Below, piece by piece: positions 52,410-60,283 of a DNA stretch of 64,000 bases (within the stretch, counting starts at the first letter, position 1; each line of letters begins with the position of its first letter). The notes under the pieces were generated by a model, which saw only the letters and a list, made by a program, of their open reading frames with translations, searched no databases and was not told where the DNA came from. This stretch comes from Stenotrophomonas sp. (GTDB lineage Bacteria; Pseudomonadota; Gammaproteobacteria; Xanthomonadales; Xanthomonadaceae). Both the position numbers and the translations under genes were made by a program. Location: contig JBCNQC010000009.1 in NCBI GenBank assembly GCA_039592995.1, positions 18,956 through 82,955 on the forward strand, given 5' to 3'.

Positions 52410-53633
52410 TCACCGCGCCCCCACCGCATGACACCCGTACGGTGCCTCTCGAATCGGCAGATTCACCACCGCCGCCACTGCGGCCAACGCCATGTCGGCG
52501 TACCACATCCACACATAGCTGCCGGAATGCGCCAGCGCCAATCCCCCCAGCCACGCACCGAAGAAGCCACCTAACTGGTGGGACAACAACGTCAAGCCGA
52601 ACAACGTACCCAGATAACGCGGCCCGAACAGCTTGCCCACCAGCCCAGCCGTCGGGGGCACCGTCGCCAGCCAGGTGAACCCCAGCCCGGCCGCAAACAG
52701 ATAAAACGTCAGCGGCGTCGGAGGTGCGATCAGATACAGCCCGATCATCACTGCACGACTGGCATACATCCAGAACAGCAGGTACTTCATCCGATAGCGC
52801 TGCCCCAATGCACCCACCAACAAACTGCCCGCGATGTTGAACAGCCCGATCAGCGCGATGGAGGTGGACGCCACAGTCGGTGAAAGACCGCACAAGGCTA
52901 TTTCGCCCGGCAGATGGGTCACCAGAAAAGCAATATGCAGCCCGCAGGTGAAAAACCCGATGTGCAGATACCAGTAGCTGCGGTTGCGCGCAGCCATGTG
53001 CAGCTGCGCACGCAGGCCTCCTTCTTCGTCAGCGGCGGTCAACGCATGGTCACCCGGACGTCGGCGCAGCGGCCAGGCCATCGGCAATGACAGCAACGCC
53101 GCAGCCGCCATCACCCACATCGCCCGCGCCCAGCCGGCGCTGCTGATCACCCACTGCACCAGCGGGGCGAACACGAACTGGCCGAGTGAGCCGCCGGCGT
53201 TGATCAGGCCCGCCGCGAACGATCGCTTCTGCGCGGGCAGGCGATGCGCGGTGGCTCCGATCAACACCGAGAAGCTGCCGGCCCCGGCACCAGCGGCCAT
53301 CAGCAGCCCCAGGGTAAAGCTGAGTCCCAGCGGGCTGGTCAGCAGCGGAGCTAGCAGCAGACCAGCGACCAGCAGCATGGTGCCGGCCAGCAGCACCGGC
53401 CACGCCCCACGCTGGTCGGCGACCGCGCCGAATACCGGCTGCACCGCCCCCCACACGAACTGGCCGATGGCCAACGCGAAGCTGATTTCGACGATGCTGA
53501 CCCCGGTGCTGCGGTGGATTGGATCCACATACAGGCCAGAGGTCTGGCGAACGCCCATGGTCACCATCAGGATCGCGGATGCGGCAACCAGCAGACCCCA
53601 GTGCATGCGCGGGGCAGGGGAGGCAGGGGCCAT
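52410..53633 (-). CDS. MFS transporter (12-TM type)
   Basis: 407 aa with ATG 53633. Uniformly hydrophobic helices and a central loop LRRRPGDHALTAADEEGG. Confidence 0.85.
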   Translation of the reverse strand: MAPASPAPRMHWGLLVAASAILMVTMGVRQTSGLYVDPIHRSTGVSIVEISFALAIGQFVWGAVQPVFGAVADQRGAWPVLLAGTMLLVAGLLLAPLLTSPLGLSFTLGLLMAAGAGAGSFSVLIGATAHRLPAQKRSFAAGLINAGGSLGQFVFAPLVQWVISSAGWARAMWVMAAAALLSLPMAWPLRRRPGDHALTAADEEGGLRAQLHMAARNRSYWYLHIGFFTCGLHIAFLVTHLPGEIALCGLSPTVASTSIALIGLFNIAGSLLVGALGQRYRMKYLLFWMYASRAVMIGLYLIAPPTPLTFYLFAAGLGFTWLATVPPTAGLVGKLFGPRYLGTLFGLTLLSHQLGGFFGAWLGGLALAHSGSYVWMWYADMALAAVAAVVNLPIREAPYGCHAVGAR

Positions 53634-53841
53634 GCGGGTACTCCAGCAGGGAGGCAGCCCGATTGTACGGCCAGGTCACGCCGCGTGTGTTCCCAACGCG
53701 ATGGCCACTGCGGATTACCGGAACCTCGCGCAATGCATGCGCTGGTAGAGACGGTCGCAAGACGTCTGCCGAAAACACTCGTCGGTGCTTTAATGCATGG
53801 ACTCGACCGGGCTCACAGCGTCGGCGTGACGATGAACCGGC

Positions 53842-54957
53842 TTACCCGTCCCGCTCCACGAAACGCGCTACCGCCTGCTCCAGGAGAATGTCCAACAGCT
53901 CCCCGTACGTGATTCCCGCAGATTCGATCATCTTCGGATACATGCTGTGCGAGGTGAACCCCGGAATGGTGTTGACCTCGTTGACCAGCAGATCCCCGTT
54001 CTCCTTCAGAAAGAAGTCCACACGTGCCATGCCTTCGCAGCCGAGGGCGCGAAACGCACGAACGGAAATTCCCTTCACGCGTTCAGCGCATTCGTCGTCA
54101 ACGCTGGCGCGCACTTCCAACCTGACTGCGTCGGGATCGTTGTATTTGGCATCGTAGGTATAGAACGCGTGGGTGTCGGTTGTCAGCGAGATCTCGGAGG
54201 GCCAGGTCGCCAGCAGATCATTGGAATCCCGTTGTAGTACGCCGCATTCGATCTCCCGCCCCACAACCATGGTCTCGATGATTACCTTTTCATCCTGATC
54301 GAAAGCCAGTGCAAGGGCCTTTGTCAGTTCTGCTTCAGTCGCGACCTTGCTGATCCCGATGGAAGAGCCGAGCCGTGCGGGCTTGACGAAGAAGATTTCG
54401 CCGCCGAGCGCGCGCTTCAAATCTGACAGTTGAGGTGTATCGGGTCGGGCAAGCGAGACGAATGGCGTCACCGGAACGCCTGCATCACGCAGCAGGGCCT
54501 TGGTTACCTGCTTGTCCATGCATACGGCTGAGGCCATGACGCCGCTGCCCACATAGGGAATGCGAGCGGTCTCCAGTGTGCCTTGGATGCTGCCGTCTTC
54601 TCCGCCTTGTCCGTGAAGGATCGGAACAGCGATATCGAAGTGAAGTTCCTTTGCCGTGCCTGTTGGGGCATGGATGGCCACCGCCTGACCGCGGCCGCCG
54701 GGCACGAGGGTTACCTGGTATTCGCTGGGAAAGGCGCTCGGGTCGGGGGCACTTGTTGATTCTCCCAGCCACCATCTGCCTTGGCGGTCAATTGCAATCG
54801 GGATCACGTCGTAACGCGTGTCGTCGATGGACGCAAAGACGCTGCGGGCTGAAACGATGGAGACGTCATGCTCTGGCGAAATTCCGCCGTACAGCAATGC
54901 CACGGTCCTTCTGCTCACAACGTAACTCCAGGCGATGGGTGGGCGACTGAGTCGCAT
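53842..54957 (-). CDS. ddl: D-alanine--D-alanine ligase (DdlA-type), low-GC orphan copy
   Basis: VALLYGGISPEHDVSIVSA, HGQGGEDGSIQG, FYTYDAKYND and NEVNTIPGFTSHSMYPKM. ATG 54957 is the longest start. GTG 54918 with GGAG 7 nt upstream is an equally good start. Confidence 0.9.
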   Translation of the reverse strand: MRLSRPPIAWSYVVSRRTVALLYGGISPEHDVSIVSARSVFASIDDTRYDVIPIAIDRQGRWWLGESTSAPDPSAFPSEYQVTLVPGGRGQAVAIHAPTGTAKELHFDIAVPILHGQGGEDGSIQGTLETARIPYVGSGVMASAVCMDKQVTKALLRDAGVPVTPFVSLARPDTPQLSDLKRALGGEIFFVKPARLGSSIGISKVATEAELTKALALAFDQDEKVIIETMVVGREIECGVLQRDSNDLLATWPSEISLTTDTHAFYTYDAKYNDPDAVRLEVRASVDDECAERVKGISVRAFRALGCEGMARVDFFLKENGDLLVNEVNTIPGFTSHSMYPKMIESAGITYGELLDILLEQAVARFVERDG

Positions 54958-55115
54958 CGTATCAAGCCAGCGAGGGGGGGCGAAGAGGCGCGTCGCTACG
55001 TTCGGTGGTCATGCGTTACCGGGCGTTGGCCGTTTCATGGCCGTCGTCTGTCGACCGACGCTACCAGCTCACACACAACCACATCAAAAAGCTACCGGTC
55101 GTGTGGCGGGCACAG

Positions 55116-55138
55116 AAAAAGGGGGCCTTGCGGCCCCC
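55116..55138 (-). terminator. Rho-independent terminator of the ZnuD-like receptor gene
   Basis: Minus strand: GGGGGCC-GCAA-GGCCCCC followed by TTTTTCTGT. Located 31 nt past the stop at 55169. Confidence 0.85.
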
Positions 55139-55168
55139 GAAAGGTGTTACCAAAGACCCAGGGAGGGA

Positions 55169-57358
55169 TCAGAAATACGCGCGGATGCCGAATGCGACGC
55201 CACGGCCGGGCAGCGGGGTGTAATCACGCAGCAGCGAGGTGTGCGGGCGGGCTTCGCGGTTGGTCAGGTTGTTGCCGTCCAGGAAGACCTCGTAGCTGTT
55301 GCTGTCGTTGCGGTCCCAACGGTAGGCGAAGTGCGCGTCAACCAGGGTGTAACCATCGCTGGGTTCTTCGTTCTGGGCCACGTCCTTCTGGCTGCTGTAG
55401 CGCACTGCACCGACCGAGGCGCGCCAGCCGTCCTTCGACCAGCGCAGGTCGGCTCCGACGCGGCCGGGCGCGATCCGCGGCAGGTAGCCGCTGTTGGCCA
55501 GTTCAACGGTGTAGTTGTGACTGTGGTCGTCATGCGGTACGGCGATGTCGACGGTACGGCTGCCGCTGCCATCGAGTTCCGCCTTCACGTAATCGCCGAA
55601 CACGCGCAGGTCCCAGTCGCCGGCACCGCCTTCAAACAGGTGGAACAGCGCTTCAGCTTCGGCACCCTTGAAGGTGGCGTCCTGCTGGGTCCACAGGCGA
55701 ACCGGCAGCCCTTCCTCCACGCCGGTGTCGGCGAGGTAGATGAAGTCCTTGAACTTCGTCTGGTAGATCGACGCGGAGAAGTCGACCAGGTCGCTGTGCG
55801 TGTGGATGCCAAGCTCCATGCGCTGGCCGCGCTCGGTTTTCAGGTTGGCGTCGCCGATTTCCAGCGAACGCGTGGCGATGTGTGCACCTGCGGCGTACAG
55901 CTCTTCGGTGGTCGGCGCACGTTCGGAACTGTCGATGCCGAAGCGCAGGTCGACGCTGTCATTGAGCTTCCAGATGCCTGCTGCCGAAAGGTTGGTCGCA
56001 TCGAAGTCGCGGCTGCGATAGTCGCCGGTGGGCTCCAGCTTGACCTTGTCCTGGCGCGCACCCAGTTCCAGCTTCAGCGGGCCGAACTGCTTTTCCTGCA
56101 GCACGAACACGCCCAGGCTGCGGGTGCCGGTGTCCGGCACAAAGGCTTCCTCGCCCTTCGCGCCGAAATCGGTGTTGCCGAACTGCAGGCCGAACGCGCC
56201 GTCCCAGCCGCCAATCTGCTGCTGCGTCGCTTCCACACGGCCTTCAATGCCGCGGTTGGTGAAACGGGTCGACGGAGTGCCGGCTTCCAGCTCGGTGTGC
56301 TCGTAATCGGTGTAGCCGGCGCGGACGTTGATGTTCTTCAGGAACGACACCGGGTTGTAGATGCCGCCCTTCACGTCGAAGCGGTTCTGCACCATGTCGA
56401 TCCGAACATCGTGCTCGTCGCCGTCCTCCTCTTCGTCGCCATGGTCGTGATCATGGTCTTCGTCTTCGGCATGCACATGCGCGCCGTTGGGGATACCGTA
56501 GTTGGTGCGATAGGTGCTGGCGGACGCACCAAAGTAACCACCTTCGCCCAGCCAGGTGGCACCGACGCCGCCGGCGCGGGTGCGGATGGAGCTGTTGTCG
56601 AGGCGGCCGCGACGCGGTTCGTCGGTGTCGCCTTCCTCATGTTCATGGTCATGGTCGTGGTCTTCCAGACCGTCGATGACGGCGTAGCCCGGAATGCGGT
56701 AGTCGTCGCCATTGCGGACCAGGCCGTCCACATGCAGCACCACGTTGCCGCTGACGCCGTCGAGTCGGAACATGCCGCTGCGCTCGTCATTGACCGAATT
56801 GCCACGCAGTTCGGCGCGGCCGCTCAGCGGACGATCCGGGATCTCGCTGGCAATACGGCCATCCACGACATTCACTGCGCCACCGATCGCGCCGCTGCCG
56901 AACAGCAGGGTGGCCGGTCCCTTGAGGACTTCCACCTGGTCAGCCAGGAACGGCTCGATGCTGGTGGCATGGTCGGCACTGACGGTGGAAGCATCGAGAT
57001 TGCCCACGCCATTGGACAGCACCTGCACGCGCGGGCCTTCCTGGCCACGGATGATCGGGCGGCCGACACCGGGGCCGAAGGACGTGGTCTGGACGCCGGG
57101 CAGCTTGGCGACGGTGTCGCCCAGGGTGCCGGCCTTCGCCTCGTCCAAGCGTTCACCGGCGAGCACCTCCACCGGGCGAGCGAGGGATTCGGCGTCGCCC
57201 TGCAGCGGTGAGGCGGTCACCTTCACGGTCGACAGTTCAGTCAGGTGGCGGTCGGGATGGCCTTGGTCCTCAGCGGCACTGGCGAGGGCGGGAACCAGCG
57301 CCAGCGCGAGGGCGAGGGACAGCGCGTGCGGGGTAAGCAGGGGGCGGGAAGAGCGCAT
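55169..57358 (-). CDS. TonB-dependent receptor with His/Asp/Glu-rich loops (ZnuD-like, putative zinc-piracy receptor)
   Basis: ORF trimmed to ATG 57358 (MRSSRPLLTPHALSLALALALVPALASA). Plug LSTVKVTASP. Acidic His-rich inserts EDHDHDHEHEEGDTDE (56665-56621) and HVHAEDEDHDHDHGDEEEDGDEH (56479-56411). C-terminal AFGIRAYF. Confidence 0.88.
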   Translation of the reverse strand: MRSSRPLLTPHALSLALALALVPALASAAEDQGHPDRHLTELSTVKVTASPLQGDAESLARPVEVLAGERLDEAKAGTLGDTVAKLPGVQTTSFGPGVGRPIIRGQEGPRVQVLSNGVGNLDASTVSADHATSIEPFLADQVEVLKGPATLLFGSGAIGGAVNVVDGRIASEIPDRPLSGRAELRGNSVNDERSGMFRLDGVSGNVVLHVDGLVRNGDDYRIPGYAVIDGLEDHDHDHEHEEGDTDEPRRGRLDNSSIRTRAGGVGATWLGEGGYFGASASTYRTNYGIPNGAHVHAEDEDHDHDHGDEEEDGDEHDVRIDMVQNRFDVKGGIYNPVSFLKNINVRAGYTDYEHTELEAGTPSTRFTNRGIEGRVEATQQQIGGWDGAFGLQFGNTDFGAKGEEAFVPDTGTRSLGVFVLQEKQFGPLKLELGARQDKVKLEPTGDYRSRDFDATNLSAAGIWKLNDSVDLRFGIDSSERAPTTEELYAAGAHIATRSLEIGDANLKTERGQRMELGIHTHSDLVDFSASIYQTKFKDFIYLADTGVEEGLPVRLWTQQDATFKGAEAEALFHLFEGGAGDWDLRVFGDYVKAELDGSGSRTVDIAVPHDDHSHNYTVELANSGYLPRIAPGRVGADLRWSKDGWRASVGAVRYSSQKDVAQNEEPSDGYTLVDAHFAYRWDRNDSNSYEVFLDGNNLTNREARPHTSLLRDYTPLPGRGVAFGIRAYF

Positions 57359-57379
57359 GGAATGGGATCCGTCAGTAAA

Positions 57380-57398
57380 ATTGTTACTTTGTATCAAT
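57380..57398. promoter_or_regulatory. AT-rich imperfect palindrome (candidate Zur-type operator) 22 nt upstream of the receptor ATG
   Basis: ATTGTTACTTTGTATCAAT; 14 of 19 positions are self-complementary (ATTGnTAC...GTAnCAAT). Confidence 0.35.
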
Positions 57399-57487
57399 GG
57401 GTTGGCGCGGCTTGCCTGTCAGTTCCGGCCCGTTCTGGGACGTGGGGTGACGGTGGAGGAACGGCGGGAAGGGTGCGCGTCAGGATT

Positions 57488-57508
57488 GATGTTATATTAT
57501 TCCACATC
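57488..57508. promoter_or_regulatory. AT-rich imperfect palindrome resembling a Zur box, 25 nt upstream of the MerC-like gene
   Basis: GATGTTATATTATTCCACATC. Arms GATGT/ACATC are perfect. The TGTTATA core resembles the gamma-proteobacterial Zur box half-site (TGTTATAnTATAACA). Confidence 0.4.
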
Positions 57509-57532
57509 GTGTCGCCGACCCTGCTGGAAGTC

Positions 57533-57946
57533 ATGCCCCTGTTCCCCGGCCTTCGCCATCTGCTAGATCGTTTTGGTGCCACTGGCTCCCTGCTCTGTGC
57601 CGTGCACTGTGCGGTTCTGCCCGTGTTGTTGGCGGCGGCCCCGTCGTTGGGCCTTTCGATATGGATGAGCGACGGGGTTGAACTGGCACTGGTGTGCTTC
57701 GTGACCCTGCTTGGGTTGTTCAGCCTGGTCTGGGGCTACCGCCGGCATGGCGCGCTGCGCGCGCTGGGGTTCCTGGTGCCGGGGCTGGTGGCCCTCTGGG
57801 CCGGTCTGCTTTATGACCCGCTGCACCACTCGGCCGTACCGCACGCCATCGTGATGACCCTGGGCGGTGTGCTGGTGGGGGTTGCGCATCTGGTCAACCT
57901 GCGCCTGAACCATGGCCACGTCCACGACGCCAGCTGTGCGCATTGA
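57533..57946 (+). CDS. MerC-domain inner-membrane protein
   Basis: ATG 57533. GSLLCAVHCAVLPVLLAAAP (CxxxC in TM1), four hydrophobic helices, and a C-terminal NHGHVHDASCAH. Confidence 0.75.
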   Translation: MPLFPGLRHLLDRFGATGSLLCAVHCAVLPVLLAAAPSLGLSIWMSDGVELALVCFVTLLGLFSLVWGYRRHGALRALGFLVPGLVALWAGLLYDPLHHSAVPHAIVMTLGGVLVGVAHLVNLRLNHGHVHDASCAH

Positions 57947-58057
57947 GGCCGTGTGATAGGCTTTCGGATCGTGTGCGGGGGAGTCTGAAAACGACTTTCC
58001 TGCCGAACCCGTGTCCGTACGGGGTAATCAGTATTCAGACTTTAAGGAGTTGACGAC

Positions 58058-58240
58058 ATGGGTAAGGGTGACCGCAAGACCGCCAAGGGCAAGCGCTACA
58101 ACGCCAGCTATGGCAATTCGCGCACGCACAGCGTGAGCAAGGTGGCCGTGGGCGCAGCTGCGCCGGTCGCCAAGAAGACCGTGGCCAAGGCCCCGGCAAA
58201 GAAGGCCGTTGCCAAGAAGGCTGTGGCCAAGGCCAGCTGA
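58058..58240 (+). CDS. 30S ribosomal protein THX-like small basic protein with Ala/Lys-rich tail
   Basis: AAGGAG 8 nt upstream. MGKGDRKTAKGKRYNASYGNSR matches the THX N-terminal signature. Followed by AKKTVAKAPAKKAVAKKAVAKAS. Confidence 0.8.
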   Translation: MGKGDRKTAKGKRYNASYGNSRTHSVSKVAVGAAAPVAKKTVAKAPAKKAVAKKAVAKAS

Positions 58241-58263
58241 TCCCTCATCAGGATCGGTTGAGA

Positions 58264-58295
58264 AAAACGCGGCGCTTGCGCCGCGTTTTTTTTTG
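58264..58295 (+). terminator. Rho-independent terminator of the THX-like gene
   Basis: aaaaacgcggcgc-ttg-cgccgcg followed by a T9 run. Confidence 0.9.
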
Positions 58296-58416
58296 GATTT
58301 TGGCGAAAAGCCGGGGTGGTCACCGACCCACTGTAGTGGCGGGTCGGGGTGGGCTGGATGCGGCGACCGCCAAACCAGGGATGCCGTGAACACCGGCTGT
58401 TCGCCTGAATCCAACA

Positions 58417-58442
58417 GCAGCCGGGCAAGCCCGGCTCTACGG
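58417..58442. repeat. Single REP unit (SMAG variant)
   Basis: cagccgggcaagcccggctctacgg. Confidence 0.7.
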
Positions 58443-58489
58443 ATCGCATGCAATCAGACGAAACGTGTGCAGTCGAGCGCCGTACGCGC

Positions 58490-59740
58490 TTACTTCAACG
58501 CCGGCAGCAGCGTCTGCGGATTTCCGTCGTTGGGCGCGGCCGGAATGTCGAGCAGGCGGGTCAGCAGTGGGTACACGTCAACGTTGTCGAAGCCGGGCAG
58601 GGTTTCTCCCTGCTTGAACGAAGGGCCACGGGCGATGAACACCGCGCGCATCGAGGGCAGGGCGTTGTCGTAACCGTGCGAACCGCGTTCGCCGGCCTTC
58701 TCCTGAATGCGGTCACGGCGCATCGCGTTCCAGCCTTCGTGCATCTGGCAGATGATCGGCGGGATGCGCGGGTTCGAGCCGTACTGCCAGCGCGCCGGCA
58801 AGGTCTCGCGGGTCCAGCAGTCGTACTGCGCGTGCGCGCCCAGCAGCGCCTTCTTTGCCTGCGTTTCCTTGCCCGGCAGCGGTGCGAAACCTACCGACTG
58901 GCCGACGGATACGTCCTTGGCCAGCGAGGGATCGACCATGTCTTCGACCGCGATCGTGTTCCCCTCCGGCACCAGCGCCATGCCGTGGTCGGACACCACG
59001 ATCACGTTGGTGCTGTCTGCAATGCCGCGCGCCTGCAGGCCATCCAGCAGCCGGCCCACCGCGGCGTCGGCGTCTTTTACCGCCGCCGCGTACTCGGGTG
59101 AGTTCGGTCCGTGCTGGTGCCCTTCGTGATCCACGTTCTCCATGTACAGCGTCACCAGGCGCGGAGCCTGCGCATCATCGCGTGCCACCCAGCCCAGCAC
59201 CTCGTCCACCCGGTCCGGCAATGGGACGCTGCCGTCGTAGATCCGCCATTGGGTGGGACGCACGCCCTGGATCGCCGCTTCGCTGCCCGGCCACGACCAG
59301 ATCGCCGTGCGCAGACCCGCCTTTTCCGCACCGACCCAGATCGGCTCGCCGCCCCACCAGCGCGAATCCGTCACCGCTTCGCGCTTGCTCAGCTTGAAGC
59401 TGCCCAGTTCGTCTTCGTGCATGCTGTTGTGCACGATGCCGTGGTGATCCGGACGCAGCCCGGTCACGATGGTGTAGTGGTTGGGGAAGGTCAGCGAGGG
59501 ATACGACGGCGTCATGTACTGCGCGCGGACACCGTCATGCACGATGCGCGACAAGTTCGGGGTGATGCCCTTGTCGAGCATGTCCGCACGCAGGCCGTCG
59601 ATGGAGACCAGCAGCAGCTTCGGTGCCTGCGCCGCCACCGTCGTGGACGCCGCCGAGGCCGGCGAGGTGGAAGGGGTGCTGGCACAACTGGTCAGCGCGA
59701 GGGTGGCGGCAATCGCCAGAGTCAGGCGGACAGAGATCAT
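58490..59740 (-). CDS. Ectonucleotide pyrophosphatase/phosphodiesterase (alkaline-phosphatase superfamily) lipoprotein
   Basis: ATG 59740. Lipobox ATLALTSC. LLVSIDGLRADML, TPSYPSLTFPNHYTIVTGL, VSDHGM and SHGYDN. Confidence 0.85.
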   Translation of the reverse strand: MISVRLTLAIAATLALTSCASTPSTSPASAASTTVAAQAPKLLLVSIDGLRADMLDKGITPNLSRIVHDGVRAQYMTPSYPSLTFPNHYTIVTGLRPDHHGIVHNSMHEDELGSFKLSKREAVTDSRWWGGEPIWVGAEKAGLRTAIWSWPGSEAAIQGVRPTQWRIYDGSVPLPDRVDEVLGWVARDDAQAPRLVTLYMENVDHEGHQHGPNSPEYAAAVKDADAAVGRLLDGLQARGIADSTNVIVVSDHGMALVPEGNTIAVEDMVDPSLAKDVSVGQSVGFAPLPGKETQAKKALLGAHAQYDCWTRETLPARWQYGSNPRIPPIICQMHEGWNAMRRDRIQEKAGERGSHGYDNALPSMRAVFIARGPSFKQGETLPGFDNVDVYPLLTRLLDIPAAPNDGNPQTLLPALK

Positions 59741-59791
59741 CCGGCCATCATAGGCCGCACCGGTGACCGCGCGAAGACAACCAATGGCACA

Positions 59792-60283
59792 TCACACCAG
59801 TAGCGGCGTGCCCCGGCCTTCCAGTTCCAGCAGCGCCGCCTTGGTTTCAATGCCGCCGCCAAACCCGGTCAGCGCACCGCTCGCCCCGATCACGCGGTGG
59901 CACGGCAGCACAATCGGCAGCGGATTGCGCCCATTGGCCGCACCCACTGCACGGCTCGCGGTCGGTTGGCCGATGTGCCGGGCCAGCTGTACATAGCTCC
60001 AGGTCTGGCCGAACGGGATATCCGCCAAGGCTTTCCACACACGCAGCTGGAAGTCGGTGCCATGCGGTGCCAGCGGCAGCTCGAAGGCGGTGCGCTCACC
60101 GTGCAGGAACTGCAGCAGCTGCGTGCGCGCATCGCGCAGCGCGTGCGCATCGCGCTGCCAGCGTTCGCGGCCTTTGGCGTCGTAGCGGTTGTTCTCGAAC
60201 AGGATGTGGTGGATGCCCTGGCTGTCGCCGGCCACGGTCAGTGCGCCAATCGGGCTGTCGAAGGTGTCATAGAGCAGGGTCAT
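59792..60283 (-). CDS. ogt: Methylated-DNA--protein-cysteine methyltransferase
   Basis: ATG 60283 (MTLLYDTFDSPIGAL...). Active site IVLPCHRVIGASG. The ATG overlaps the upstream gene stop (ATGA). Confidence 0.92.
   Translation of the reverse strand: MTLLYDTFDSPIGALTVAGDSQGIHHILFENNRYDAKGRERWQRDAHALRDARTQLLQFLHGERTAFELPLAPHGTDFQLRVWKALADIPFGQTWSYVQLARHIGQPTASRAVGAANGRNPLPIVLPCHRVIGASGALTGFGGGIETKAALLELEGRGTPLLV

Noticed and set aside
53842-54957. Interpreting the orphan ddl as a VanA/VanB-type D-Ala-D-Lac resistance ligase
   Set aside because: There are no vanH, vanX or vanRS genes nearby. The omega-loop region keeps an FY-x-YDAKY motif that I associate with ordinary DdlA enzymes. Without a phylogeny, the resistance-ligase idea is unsupported.
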